Positions 43,552-55,841 are shown, counted from the stretch's first letter. The stretch is 64,000 nt of DNA from Hyaloraphidium curvatum SAG 235-1 (GCA_025558095.1 JAIVFI010000021.1:372001-436000), one strand, 5' to 3'. Translations and numbers: made by a program. Notes: generated by a model not told the origin, from the sequence alone.

Positions 43552-45834
43552 TCAGCCCCCATAAACGAAACCGTTCCAAAGCCGCGACAGCCAAGACCTC
43601 TTTACCCGCCTCCCCTCAAAGTCCAGCTGGCCGACGGCCTCGCTTGCGATGCGCGACCGATTGACGTTCCAGAAGCTCCGACGTAGCCCGTCGCAGTCGC
43701 CCGGGGCATATAGGAAGCATTTACCATACCGCTGCTGGCAGCCGCACCCGCACCACTCGAAGCCATCGTTGCCTCCGTCATTCTGGCAGAATCCACCCGC
43801 TGAACAGCAGATTCCATCGGGACAGCGCGTTCCAAACACCGATCCGCCTGGGGGGCCGGCAAGGTGAGCGTGCGATGAAGCCAGCGATGAAAGGAAACCC
43901 ACATCGCCCGTTCGTGGAGACAGGCAGGCTCGCGTCGGCGGTCGAAGTGGCCGTCGGATAGGGCAGCACGGTCAGCGACGTCGTTGCGCTCGTCTCCTGT
44001 CCCGGGCACGTGTTTGGCTCGTAGAGGAAGCACTTGCCGAAGCCAAACTGGCACCCGCATCCACACCACGGGAACCCGTCGTTCCCACCGTCGTTCTGGC
44101 AAAAGCTGGCCGCCGAACAGCACAGGTTGTTTGGGCACCGCAGGCCGTTCCCCTCGCCGATGCCGCACCGGAGGTTGTTTGCCGTGGGGATGTTCAGATC
44201 CGGCATAACGATGCCCGTGGGAGTCGGCGTGGCCGTAGAAGTCGTCGTAAACGTCGCGTTGCACACTTCCGGTCCGTAGCCTGCGAGGCGAGGTTAGTTT
44301 TGCGTGCAGGACACCCGCATGCGATGAATCCTACCCTCAAAGCACTTGCCGTAACCCCTCTGACAATCGCATCCGCACCACGCAGGGCCGTCTGTGGCGC
44401 CACTGTCCTCGCAGAACCCACTTCCACCGCAGCAGATGTTGGCGGGGCAGGACCCGATGCCCGGGCCGCACTCCTGGCCGCGCCGGACAAACGCCGCGAA
44501 GCAGATGCCAAAGTTCTGCTGGCACCCGATGCCGCACGGGCCGAGGGCAACCGCCGTGTCGTTGAAGGTGCCGTTAACTGGTGGGAAGAAACACGTCGAG
44601 TCGCCGCTGCAGCAGCCGGGCCTGGTGTTGTTTCCGCAGCGCGTGTTGCCATAGTCGGGCCCGCATCGCCCGTCCAGCGAGGTCGGGTACGATGTATCCA
44701 CCCGGAAGGTGGCAGTCACGTACTGGGTGCCAAAGTCGGGCGGTAGTGTGAGGGTCGAGGTCGTCGTCGGGCCCCCGGACGTCGTGCTCGTGAGGATGGA
44801 CAGCGTTGTCGTGGTCCGGTTCGTGGTCGGCACTGTGAGCGTGGTCGTGCTGGGCCTGGAGGTCGTGGGGACCGCAGTCTTGGTCGTCGTCGGAGGGTTG
44901 GTCGTCGGCGGGACTTGGCTGGTGGTGGTCGTGGGCCGAGATGTGGACGCCGACACCGTGACCGTGACGGTGGAAAGAACCGTCGTAAAGCACGTCGGTG
45001 CGCAGGTGGCAGCCGTCGACGTTGCGTGAGCCGTGATAAAGGTGTAGGTCGGTGTGGCGGCCGTCGGCGCAATGTCGAGGCGGCACGGAATGACGGCCAT
45101 GGTGCCGTTGTCTGCCGGGCCCGAACGCATCAGCTTTACAACCCGTGGGGAGGCATGAAGAAAGGAGAGACGGACCGTCGCATCCGCCGTACCCGAGCTG
45201 GCAACCCTTGCCGCAGTAGCTTGCACGCTGGCCCATGCTCGAGCGCGGGTCCCAGCAGTAGTTGTACTCGGAGCAGCAGCTCACCCACTGAGTGCCGCCG
45301 ACATCGTAGGTTGGGCACCGCGCAAAGCCAAAGAGCTTGCCGCAGCGCCCGTCGGTGCTCGTCGGGTAGTTTGGGCACGATGGAAGCGTGGCGGGCACAA
45401 CGGGAGTCGGCGTCGGCTGCAGCAGCGACCACGTGCCGGTAGCGGCGGGCGGGTCCCTGCAGAACACATCGACCGTAGAAGAGCTGTTGTACGAAACTGG
45501 GGACGTGCACTGGCCGTAACCTGGGACAGTGTCAGGGGGTTACCGACGCGGGGGGACAGCGAGCGCACACACCCAGCTGGCAGCCCGCGCCGCAGTACTT
45601 GTCCGCGGGATCGGGCGAGTCGGCGGCGGAGCACCAGTTCCACTGGCTGCAGCAGCTTCCGGGGGGGCAGCGCGCGTAGCCGAACAGCTTGCCGCAGCGG
45701 CCGTCGGTCGACAGCGGGTAGGCCGGGCACCACGGCGTGAGCGCGCTGCGCGTCGCCTCGCGGGGCACGAGCCCAGCTGCTGCCGGCGCGCACGCCGCCG
45801 CCAGGAGAAGCAGCACGGACGCGAGCCGGGCCAT
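43552..45834 (-). CDS. Secreted multi-hevein (CBM18) chitin-binding protein with Thr-rich linker
   Basis: Signal peptide MARLASVLLLLAAACAPAAA and about six modules of type RCG...C...CCS...C...CG.GCQ..YG.C across spliced exons. No catalytic domain seen. Confidence 0.88.
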
Positions 45835-45933
45835 TGATGGAGCGGGGGATCGTTTAGGTGATGACCGCAGTCCTCGGTTTCGCTGCCAAGCCACATGCAG
45901 CTGCGCCCTCCTCTCCCTTCCTGCAGTCGCGCG

Positions 45934-48190
45934 ATGCGCGTCGGCATCGACGTGGAGCCCGCCGAGGCGACCGTGGGCGACGTCCTGAATGCATTAAGCA
46001 AGCTCGGAGCGGACTTTGTTAGCTTGCCCATCGCCCGGCACGAAGCGCGTCTCGCGCGTGCGCGGGGGACGGTCCGGGACGCGTTCCTGGATCCGCGCGA
46101 ACTGCTGGTCCCGGATCCCACGGACACGGGTGCGGTGTCTTCGTAGCGTCGGCCGGAGCAAGTGCTCATACTGGCTCGCTCCAAGGCTTGTCCGCGGCCG
46201 CCCTTCTCGGAAAGATCTACAGCCTCGGGGAGGACTCTGAGCCGCACCGTGTCGGCCGCTCGACAGATCGCCTGCTGGAGGTAGGGCGCCGAGCTCTAGC
46301 GCGTCCCGGGCGTCAGCTCATGTCCAGAAGCTGGTACAAGTGGAGTTGTCCTGGGCTACGCACATTGGAATGGAAGCCGTCCTCTTGGACGTGGCAGACT
46401 TTTCCATCGACGTCTGCCGCCTTGTGAACCAGTTCCTGCATTCGGAAAGCCAAACGCAAATCTGGGTTCGAGTGTCTATGGACGGGGAGGCGGCTCCGAC
46501 GCGGTGGGACAATTGGAACCGTGTTCGCAACGTCTTGTCTACGTCCAAGAGGCTTGGAGTAGGTTCGGATGACATCCAAGCTCTAATCATGCTTTGGTTG
46601 ACTGCGTTCCCCTCAAAGCACTGGAGCTTGGCGCCGAACTTCCGATACCTTTCTTTCTTCGGCAGTGGCTCGCGGAACCGGTCCGGGTCGTTCTCATTCC
46701 CACCGACCTGTTTACGAGCAACGCGAAGGGGTATCCCGTGTTGAGCCGCTCGCACCAGGACTTTCTGCGGCAGCTGTTCCGCCGGTCATGCAACGCAGCT
46801 CTTCGGGTGCCGGATGCAGTCAGCATTGCGAGCGTCGACGTTTCCGATCGCCTGATGTACATGAGGCATTTGTCCAGGACTGCCCGCGCTGACGAGGAAC
46901 GTGACCAGATCCTCGCCGTGGCCTACCATGATGTTCTGCAGGCTCCGCTTCAGGTGAGTTAGCGCCCTTCTGCATTGCAGTCTGCGCTCTAGCTCCGCTC
47001 GTGCAGCCCCTCGCGCGCGACCTCGACTCCAGCACGTACCAGGTCTTCGAAACGGACAAGGTAAAGTATGCGATGTACGGCGAGGTGAGGGCATCTCTCT
47101 CACGCTTTTGAACGCTGCTCATACGTACAAGGCCATGCTGCAGGCATTACACGCCCTTGGGCCGTCGAATGCCGGCGCTGAACCAAGGTACCTCTTTGCC
47201 TCTCTCCCCCCCTCCTGCCCCCCGCCCATTGACGCACGCGCCAGAATGATAGCGGTTGTCGGTGCCGGACGGGGTCCCTTGGTACAAGGAGCTCTGGAGG
47301 CGTGCGCACGGGCAGGCGTCCACGCGCACGTTGTCGCCATTGAGAAGAACGGGAATGCGGTTACTCAGTAGGTTGCATCCCGCGTTCAGATACACCTAGG
47401 AACAACTTCCGTAGGCTCCGGAATCGGAAAAGGTCCGCTTGGGGCGATTTCGTGACAGTGGTGCACGCCGACGTCAGGTCTTTGGTGGATTCATGGCCGA
47501 AGAAGTTCGATCTCGTTGTAAGCGAGCTCTTGGGTTCTTTTGGGGGTGAGCGCCCGTGTGTCACACTGCTTCAATGCTTCGTCTGATCACAACGCCTGTG
47601 CAGACAACGAGCTTTCGCCAGAGTGCCTCGACGCTGCATGCAGGATCATGAAGGACGGCGGCTTCTGCATTCCGGCAAGCTACCGTGCGTATATTGCTCC
47701 CCTCTCGGCCCCAAGTCTGCATGCGGAATGCTCGGCCTTCAACGACTTGGTGCACTTGGAGACTCCCTATGTGGTCCAACTTCGCCAAGCCCACGTGCTC
47801 GCGCGCCCCAAGTTTCTTTGGGAGTTCAGGCACCCGTCTAGCCATCCACTTGAATACGCGAGTTCAAACGATCGGAGTGCAGGCGTTGATTTCAAAGTGG
47901 AGTATCAAACGATTGTGCACGGACTCGCTGGTTTCTTTGACGCGACACTGTGGCCCAAGATCATGCTCAGCACTCTGCCGGAGGCGCACACGCCAAACAT
48001 GTTCAGCTGGTTCCCGATGGTCTTTCCAATCCGCTACCCCATTGACATTGCGTCGGGAGCGACGCTGGGTATTCACTTCTGGCGCCTCTCGGACACGCGC
48101 AGGGTTTGGTACGAATGGTGCGCCGGAGTTTCGGGACGCTGGGGCACCATCCACAATTGCGGCGGTGCAAGCTGGTCTATGGGACTATGA
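45934..48190 (+). CDS. PRMT5: Protein arginine N-methyltransferase 5 (Skb1/Hsl7)
   Basis: LQAPLQ/PLARDLDSSTYQVFETDKVKY, VVGAGRGPLV, IEKN, VSELLGSFG/DNELSPECLD, ETPYVV and HTPNMFSWFP. Multiple introns. Confidence 0.93.
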
Positions 48191-48216
48191 CTCCAAACGT
48201 GACGGACAACAGATCT

Positions 48217-50564
48217 CTATAGCGGGCCCTCGGCGGTTTCGAGCCCTCTGCGGGGCTTGACGTACGTCCGCATCGTCGTGAAGCCCTCGTTGTCGAGTCC
48301 CACGCCGCCAACACTTCCGTTCGTCCCCAGAGCCGACGGGCTTGCAAACAAGTTCGTCGCAGGTAGTGCGGGCACCGGGATGGTTCGCGAAAGTGGCGCC
48401 AGGAGCGGGTGCGCTGAAGCCGACGGGGATGCCGAAGGCTCGGGAAGGTTCGCCGGAACGGTTGCCCCTGCTCCAGGAGTGGAGCTGTGGTTCGCGCTGA
48501 CGTCTGTACTGTTGTGCGACCGCAATCCAGTCGCGCCGTGAGTTTCTTGTTCATTTTCCGCAGCTCGGGTCGGTGGAGCGCATGGGTCCGCCGACGAGTG
48601 GGTGCCAGCACCCGCTCCAAGGCTTTCCAGCAAAGCCTCCACGGCACCAACGTCGTCCTGAAACGCTGCCGCATTGGGTGCGCTCGGCAAATCGGCTGGC
48701 TGTGGCGCTGCCGCGGTCGCGTCGACCCACTCGCCGTCCTCTGACGCTACGGCATCAGTCGCGGGCTTCAGAATAGCCCGGATGCCGTTGAGGATCCGCA
48801 CGGCTTCTTCCACCGCTTTATCCGTTACTGGTTGCACGCTGAGGACGTGCAGTGCAGTCTCCAGGCTGGCGTCTAGTATATCCTTGTCAAGGTTGGTTCC
48901 GGACACCGTATGCGCTTGATGATTTTTCTCTGTAACCGCGGCTGGTCCCCCCATCGGTTCCTTGATCTGACCAGCCAGCGACTCCGACCTGGCAAAGGGA
49001 ATACCACCGGTTGGTGCTCCGCCAAGCATCCAGAGGTTCTTGATTGGGCTGGCGCGGGCGCTCCGCACGAAGCCCTGCACTAGAGAGTCCAATCGTTTCC
49101 CGACGGTGCCGTCGGGGAACAACGATGCCGGTGCGGATGTCGCCGGTTGCGCGCTTTCGGCCCGCAAGTCCGCAGCATAGATCGGCGAGCCCTCCACGCT
49201 GTTTGCCACCGGTGGCTTGGGTGACTCCTGAGGGTCCCCGTTGCTACGGGTACGGACAGGGCCGCCCGGTTCCAGATCGGAAATGTGATTCAGGGCACGC
49301 AGGACAAAGCGTGCTGGATGAAGCGCATCGAGAGGTGCAGGGGGCGTGTACTTTAGCAGGGCATGGAGCGCAGCCGTTGGGTCGGCGGAGCTGCTAAGGA
49401 CTTCAACTGCGTCAAGACCGATGGGACTCTTCAAACGGCGGGCAAGCACCCACTTTTGTCCCGAACGCTGATTAGCATCTCCACTGCCGTCCACTCAATC
49501 ACGCTCCGGCCGGTCTCTTCCCATACGCCTTGCCCAAGACCCGCGGCGGCAAAGATGCAGGTCCACATTTCGCAAATCTTTCTCAGAGTTCTTGCCGTCC
49601 GCCAACCCTCCACGTCGTCTTCCACGGCTCCGTTGAAGCCATCGGCAGCGACTTCGCGAGAAAAGAGAAGGCGCAGCCAGCGCACGCCCCACACCTGTTC
49701 CTCGACGCCGCAATGCCTTAACGCGCGGTAAAGCTGGGGATCTGTGCGTGCCAGGTGCTCGTGAAATATCCGGGCCGACGTTACCAGTAACGGCGTCGGT
49801 CGCGTTGGCGACTTTGGCAGCGAATCCACGGCGAGAGCTGTTCCGAGCGCCGTTGCGACGGGAGGCGCACGGTGGCGGTAAAAGGGCAGCAGCAGCAGCG
49901 ACATGATGAGCGAGAAGAGCGTGTGCACGTCTGCTTCAATGTTCGCCGGGTCCGGCGACTCCAGCAGCGACCACACGTCGGGGCGCTCGTCGTCCTCGGT
50001 TGGCGGTAGAGCGACCCCACCGCGTTCCTCCAGCAGCATCCAAAGCGCGACGGCAGCGACCTCGTGCATGCCCTGGCGGTAGCCGACGTCCGCGTTCTGC
50101 CGCGACCACACGAACAGCACGTCGCCCAGCGTCGCCAGGACATCCGGACGGCGGAACAGAGGCAGGTCCTGGAACGTGCGCGCAGTGTCCTGCGCGATGA
50201 GCGAGCGCAGTGCAGCATCGGCATGCATGCGGTCCCATGCCGGCGACAGCGGGTCTGCCGGCGGACGTGCGGCGAGCGCGGCCTTTACGTCCGCGTATCT
50301 GGCGCGGAGAGCCGCGACCAGTGGCGCCATGCGTCCGGCCAGGAGCTCATCCAGCGGCGCCGGCGGCGTCTGTAGCCCCGGGTGCAGCAGCAGCAGCCAC
50401 AGCACCCCTCGTCGCGACAAGACGCGCGCAGCGGCCGGGCCCGCCGCGGCGGCGCCCCACGCGCGGTATCGCACCGCTGCGCTCGCGGCTCGGGCTGCAT
50501 CGGCAAGCACCGCGCGTCTTAGAGCGCCCACGGCGTCCTCCGCGTCGGGCTCGCGGGGATCCAT
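48217..50564 (-). CDS. TBC-domain Rab GTPase-activating protein (TBC1D5/Gyp6-like)
   Basis: IAQDTART, YRQGMHEV, EADVHTLF and WGVRWLRLLFSRE. An intron near 49400-49452 joins the two ORFs. Confidence 0.88.
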
Positions 50565-50696
50565 TATGGCAGCGCACCGGCGCAGGATCGAGTGATCGTG
50601 ATCCACGCATGCGATGGCTCTGCGGTTGTCGCGCGCCCCCCGCGCGCACGACTACGCTTGTCACAGTTGGACCCCCCCCCCCGGCGTACACAGGGA

Positions 50697-53300
50697 ATGC
50701 CACGCTTGCACATGTTGCGGCGCCTTGGCTCCCCCGTGCTGCTGGCGCTGGCGGTCGCTGCGCTGGCCCTCGCGACCCTCGGCGTTGCCGGGCCTAGCGA
50801 GCCCGGCGTTTCCTACCGTAACCTTTCCCCGGCTGCTCGCCTATGGGACACAACTTTCGGCGCCAACTGGACAATGTGGCCCGGGGGCTTCTGTCGCGCG
50901 GGACGCAGTCTCCTGCCGGACGTGCCCGACTGGGTGTGCGAGCGCCAGGAGTGCCTGCGTGCCCCGAACGTGAACCGCATCGTGGTCTTGGACGACCTGC
51001 TGCGCGGCACCGCCTGGAAGCGCAAGGAGAATAGGTCTGCGGTTTGCGAGCCTCCTAGGGGCGGCCAGCGGAAGCAGGCGGGCGTTGGGTCCGCCGGCCC
51101 TGTTGTGAGCTTCATTTTTACTCTGCACAACAAGCCGCTTATGGCAGCCGTCTCGATTCTGGACGCATTTCGGTCCGCACGAGAACTCTCGAGCGCTGAG
51201 TTTGTCATTTTGGACGACGCGAGCAGCGACGACATGTCGCTGGTGTCAATACTTTGCGCCAACTTGCGAAACCTGTTCGGGGCCGACGTCACGATGCTCA
51301 GGAACAGGGTGTCCGCGGGATACGGCGCCAGCAACAATGCTGCCCTGTCTTACGCACGGGGAGAGTTGGCACTGCTTCTGAATAGCGACCTCAGCCTCCT
51401 CCCGGGAGCCCTAACCCTGCTGCTTCGCACCATGCGGTCTTTCCCAAGGGCTGGCATGGTGGGACCACTCATGGTTTCGCCGCAAGGCACAGTCATGGAG
51501 GCAGGAGGGACTGTCTTCCGCTATGCGGTGCCGGCCAATTTTGGACGGGGTTCGATGCCGGCGGAGCTCCCGCTTCAGCATGCACGTGCTGTGGACTACA
51601 TCAGCGCTGCCTGCCTGCTAGTCCGCCGCAAACTTTTCCTCGGTCTGGGCCTGTTCGACAAGCAGTTTGAGCCCGCATATTACGAGGACACGGACGCGGC
51701 ATTCACGCACCTTCGGTCGGGCTACCTGACTGTCCTGCAGCCCCTGGCGCTCGCCGTTCACGCGGAAGGCTCCAGCTACAGCGATGCTTCGAAAACGACC
51801 CTCATGAACTCGCGCCAGCGGCTTTTCCATGCGAAGCACCGCGACGTTTTGGACAGCTATTGTCCCACGCTTGAACCCGATTGCCAGGACGTGACTTACA
51901 CTGAGGCCATGGTTTACTCTAGTGTCACGCGGCAACCTGCACAGATACTGGTGCTCGAAGACATTGTTCCGGAACCGGACCGGGACTCGGGATCGATTCG
52001 TTTGGCAGAAACCCTCAGGATCCTCGTGTCTCTTGGATATTCGGTTTCGTTCGAGGCGCAGACCGGAGCAGTCTCCCGTGGAGTGAGGTACATGCTTCCC
52101 CTGGTCGCGGATGGAGTGAATGTGCTTCCGCCTGGCTCAGTGAAGGATGTTTCGAAGCGTGCTTCCTTCAAGGGGTCTCAGCCGGAGACGATGGTTAATG
52201 AAGAACGTCGCTGCCCTTGGAAAATCATATGGATTGCTCGGCGAGGAGTTTTCCGCCAGCACATCGATACTGTGCGCAAATTGTGCCCCGGCACTCCCAT
52301 TGTGTATGACACGATCGACCTCCACTTTCTGAGGGAAAGGAGAGCCTTTGAATTGGACTTGCAGGCACAGTCTGGCAAAGGAAATGGTCACCTTGTCATG
52401 AAGGACAAGGAGCTTGGCGACAGCGAAGCCGTGGAGCTGGGCTTTGTCAAAATGTCAAACACCACGATTGTCGTCAGCCCAAGCGAGGCCACGATCCTAG
52501 CGCAGAAAGTACCAGGTTCCAACGTTGTGCTTCTGTCAAACATCTATCCGGACCCTGTAAAGACCCCAGGTAACTTCTCCGGCCGACAAGGCGCACTCTT
52601 TGTGGGCAATATGTGCCATCCGCCCAACAGGGATGCGGTTCGCTTCATTGTCGAGGACATCCTTAAGCAAGGACCTTCGCCCAAGTGGGACCCGGGATTC
52701 CGGATGCATTTTGTTTGGTCAAACAGTCGCGGGTGCCCCGACCCCGTTCTCGAAGCTGCAGAGGCACATCCATTGGTCCGCGTTCATCGGGACGTGTCTG
52801 ATCAAGAGCTCATTGACATTCACTCAAAAGTTCTGATGCTGGTGGCACCGTTACGCTACGGTGCGGGCGTCAAGGGCAAAGTGAACTTCGCCTTGCTGCA
52901 GGGGTTACCCGTGGTCGGCAGTCGCATGGCAATCGAGGGCATGTTCCTCGTGGATGGAGAGAGTGCGCTGGTCGCTGAGACTGGTGGGGATTTCCGAGGA
53001 GCAATGGACCGGCTCTCGAATAATCGGGATCTCTGGAGCAAGCTGAGGGAGGGTGGATGGGCCGTGATGAAGAAGCACTTCAGCAGAGATGTGGCTGCCT
53101 CCACATTGACACGGTTGCTCTCGGATCTCGGGGCGCCGCCTCCTATCGCTCACAACGGTTCTCTTGCTCGGCCCTGCCAGGTGGACCTCGCGGCACCGCT
53201 GCCAGATTCATGCGGCAGCTGCTGGCACTGTTCCCAGAATCCTCTGTATTTTCCGCCGCCCCTGCTGCCCTTTACCGACCCACGCTACTTTGCATATTAA
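50697..53300 (+). CDS. Bifunctional GT2 + GT4-like glycosyltransferase, bacterial architecture with added signal anchor
   Basis: GT2 half: ILDDASSD, GYGASNN, LLNSD, EAGG, VDYISAACL and PAYYEDTD. GT-B half: PEPDRDSGS, YDTIDLHFLRE, FVGNM.HPPNRDAV and APLRYGAGVKGKV. Intronless. Confidence 0.9.
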   Translation: MPRLHMLRRLGSPVLLALAVAALALATLGVAGPSEPGVSYRNLSPAARLWDTTFGANWTMWPGGFCRAGRSLLPDVPDWVCERQECLRAPNVNRIVVLDDLLRGTAWKRKENRSAVCEPPRGGQRKQAGVGSAGPVVSFIFTLHNKPLMAAVSILDAFRSARELSSAEFVILDDASSDDMSLVSILCANLRNLFGADVTMLRNRVSAGYGASNNAALSYARGELALLLNSDLSLLPGALTLLLRTMRSFPRAGMVGPLMVSPQGTVMEAGGTVFRYAVPANFGRGSMPAELPLQHARAVDYISAACLLVRRKLFLGLGLFDKQFEPAYYEDTDAAFTHLRSGYLTVLQPLALAVHAEGSSYSDASKTTLMNSRQRLFHAKHRDVLDSYCPTLEPDCQDVTYTEAMVYSSVTRQPAQILVLEDIVPEPDRDSGSIRLAETLRILVSLGYSVSFEAQTGAVSRGVRYMLPLVADGVNVLPPGSVKDVSKRASFKGSQPETMVNEERRCPWKIIWIARRGVFRQHIDTVRKLCPGTPIVYDTIDLHFLRERRAFELDLQAQSGKGNGHLVMKDKELGDSEAVELGFVKMSNTTIVVSPSEATILAQKVPGSNVVLLSNIYPDPVKTPGNFSGRQGALFVGNMCHPPNRDAVRFIVEDILKQGPSPKWDPGFRMHFVWSNSRGCPDPVLEAAEAHPLVRVHRDVSDQELIDIHSKVLMLVAPLRYGAGVKGKVNFALLQGLPVVGSRMAIEGMFLVDGESALVAETGGDFRGAMDRLSNNRDLWSKLREGGWAVMKKHFSRDVAASTLTRLLSDLGAPPPIAHNGSLARPCQVDLAAPLPDSCGSCWHCSQNPLYFPPPLLPFTDPRYFAY

Positions 53301-53588
53301 ATCTGCTAGATCTGTATTGTAACAACCTCCCCGTGTGTATTGCAGGGTACATACTACTTGTGCGTCGCGCGTCCCAACTTCCACCACTCACAACACCGCC
53401 ATGTCGGACCCCGGTAACCGAGCAGGGGCTACCGGGGAAACGCTCGTCGTCCCCCTGCGGTTCTTGCTCGTTGGGGAGGAGGTCGAGAGCGGCGGTTTCT
53501 CGCTGCGCGTCACTACACAGCGCTCCGCCTAGTCGTTCCTCGGGACCACCGTCTCTCTTGCCCCGACACCGGCGCGTAACATCGCACG

Positions 53589-55841
53589 ATGCGGTTGGCC
53601 AAACCGAGGTTATTGCTCCTGTTCCTTGCGGCGCTTCTCTTTGGACTCTACCGTCTATTGCGGCTGAGGACCCCGGACGACCGGCCACGCTATGCCCCGT
53701 GCGGCGGTTTGGGAGGCAGTGCTCCTCCATCCTTACGCATTTTCAAGCCGTTGATTCCAGCAAGGAAGCAAACGGATCTTTCTCCCGCTGACTTCATTCC
53801 TGCCGAGCTCTTTTATGTCATGGGACAGCAGTCGGACTTGAGACCCGACGACGTCACTGCACTGGCCGACAGTTTGCATTCCTTGGGAGTCAACACCTCA
53901 TCTTCTATGGTGTTTTTTGCCTTCCTAGAAAATTTCCGGCGCGACTATGGATTTGCTACTCCGGAAGCTGCGCTGCAGTCGATACGCGAGGTTTCGACGA
54001 CGCCAAAGTCCAAGTGGTTCTGGCGCTACTTCTGCTACCGCTTTCTAAACCAGGCAAGCTTGCTGGATCTCCCTGCCGTTGAGCTGCAATCTCGCTATGA
54101 AGCGGTTTTCCTGGAGTTTCGTCCGCTTCCCCATGTCGAGTTCGTCATCCGGAACACTTTTCGCAACCTCGGACCGGGGTGGATGCTGCGACTCGTGTGC
54201 GGCCACAGGAGCTGTGAGCTCCTGCGAGATATTGCTGCTCGCGTATCGCCTCATGTTGTCGTTGCACATCACGACATTGACGAAAAGGACGTGAATGGCT
54301 ACAACGACTTGCTTCTTTCCCAAGAATTCTGGGAAAGCTTGGAAGGCGAAAAGATCCTTATTTTTCAGGAGGACAGCATCGTATTCCGGCCCGGCGTGCA
54401 CCGATTCATGAGCTATGACTTTGTCGGCAGCCCTTGGCCACGAGACGTCAACGATACCCCTGGGGCTGTAGGTAACGGCGGCATCTCGCTCCGAACGCGT
54501 TCGAAAATGCTTGATGCGTTGAAGCGGATCCGATTTGAAGACTTGAGGCTCTCTCCTGGTACGGCGACCTATGTGAGAAAGGTTGGACTACAGCGACCCC
54601 CAGAGGACGTATTCTTTGCGCAGGCTCTCTCTGTTTATGGAGTGGGGCATTTGGCCCCGCGAGAGATCGCCATGTCGTGGATAGAGAGCCACGACAGCAA
54701 CTTTCCCTTCGCCGGCCACGACTTTTGGCAGACGAAATCGGATTGGGTGCCGTTTCTCGACCTTTCTTTCATCGTTCGCATGTCTTTCCCTACGGTCAGC
54801 CGGTTGGAGGTTCATGACGATAACACCCGTGGTACACATCTGCGAAGTGCCGTTCCTTCTGTATCTGCAATCTCTTCTGGAAACGGCATCCGCAACTCCT
54901 GGTCTCGTGTTCTGCGTCGCATGGCCGAGTTCGAGCTTTTCTCATCCTCAGAATCGCCCTTGAACCCGTCGAGGTACGCTCTTGTGGATTCGCTGGACAT
55001 TTTTGTGGCACCATCGGTGGCTGCACCGCCCGAATCCCGCATTATCGCATTTTTCCATGGCGTTGAATCTGCTCGTCCAATCAACGGAATTTGCACTGTT
55101 GAACAGCTGTGGAAAAGCGAAAGCTTCCTCGCTGCCTTGCCTCGTATCGATCTCATAATGACCTTCACTGAGCACGTCGCAGATGTCATACGAGCCACAA
55201 TTCTCGCTACTAAAGGAGCGATTGCAAGAGTGCGTGTTGTGCCTTTTCCTATTACAGACATGGACCGAGTGAAAATCGGCGAGAATGCTGTTCCTGAACG
55301 CCCAGAGAACAGATCAGTGCTGACGGTTGCATCAAGCTTGACCTTCGTTTCTTCCATTTATCGTCTCATTGCTCCAGAGTGGACGAAGGTCGTTGCTATT
55401 CCCGGTGATTTTGCAGCAGATCAGACAACTTACCTGGGAAGAGTGAGGCAGGAGCTGCGAAACTGGAAAGTGGACGAAAGCATCGTTGACGTTTCGCATG
55501 TGCAAGTGCGACTGGCTCAGAATCCTAGCGACTTTGTCTTGGGCTGTCAGGTTCTTTTCCTCCACTTTCGAACATTGAATTACTTTCCACTTCTTCTGGA
55601 AGCTGTTGCATTTCAAACGCCTATCCTTGTGAACAGGCACCCCGCTGTCGAGGAACTTCTTGGTTCTTCCTATCCTTTGTTTTTCGAGACACTCGATGAA
55701 GCGTCCTCGCTGTTGCAGTCCCTGACTGGAGAGGTCATTGCCTGTGTTAAGAGGCACTTTCAAGACATCTCGAAGCGGCGCACGCTCAATAATTTCGTTC
55801 TTCAAGTCTACAACGTTGTCCACGATGTAATGGCATTGTAA
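53589..55841 (+). CDS. DUF5672-like GT-A domain fused to a C-terminal GT-B-like domain, signal anchor
   Basis: AVFLEFR, YNDLLLSQEFW, ILIFQEDS, YDFVGSPW, VGNGGISLR and PEDVFF. C-terminal TPILVNRHPAVEELLG..YPLFF. Intronless. Confidence 0.75.
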   Translation: MRLAKPRLLLLFLAALLFGLYRLLRLRTPDDRPRYAPCGGLGGSAPPSLRIFKPLIPARKQTDLSPADFIPAELFYVMGQQSDLRPDDVTALADSLHSLGVNTSSSMVFFAFLENFRRDYGFATPEAALQSIREVSTTPKSKWFWRYFCYRFLNQASLLDLPAVELQSRYEAVFLEFRPLPHVEFVIRNTFRNLGPGWMLRLVCGHRSCELLRDIAARVSPHVVVAHHDIDEKDVNGYNDLLLSQEFWESLEGEKILIFQEDSIVFRPGVHRFMSYDFVGSPWPRDVNDTPGAVGNGGISLRTRSKMLDALKRIRFEDLRLSPGTATYVRKVGLQRPPEDVFFAQALSVYGVGHLAPREIAMSWIESHDSNFPFAGHDFWQTKSDWVPFLDLSFIVRMSFPTVSRLEVHDDNTRGTHLRSAVPSVSAISSGNGIRNSWSRVLRRMAEFELFSSSESPLNPSRYALVDSLDIFVAPSVAAPPESRIIAFFHGVESARPINGICTVEQLWKSESFLAALPRIDLIMTFTEHVADVIRATILATKGAIARVRVVPFPITDMDRVKIGENAVPERPENRSVLTVASSLTFVSSIYRLIAPEWTKVVAIPGDFAADQTTYLGRVRQELRNWKVDESIVDVSHVQVRLAQNPSDFVLGCQVLFLHFRTLNYFPLLLEAVAFQTPILVNRHPAVEELLGSSYPLFFETLDEASSLLQSLTGEVIACVKRHFQDISKRRTLNNFVLQVYNVVHDVMAL

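Noticed and set aside
50592-50696. Upstream non-ATG start of the GT2-GT4 ORF (similarly the extensions of ORFs at 3520, 6875, 12230 and 17225)
   Set aside because: In a eukaryotic context the downstream ATGs coincide with signal anchors or domain starts.
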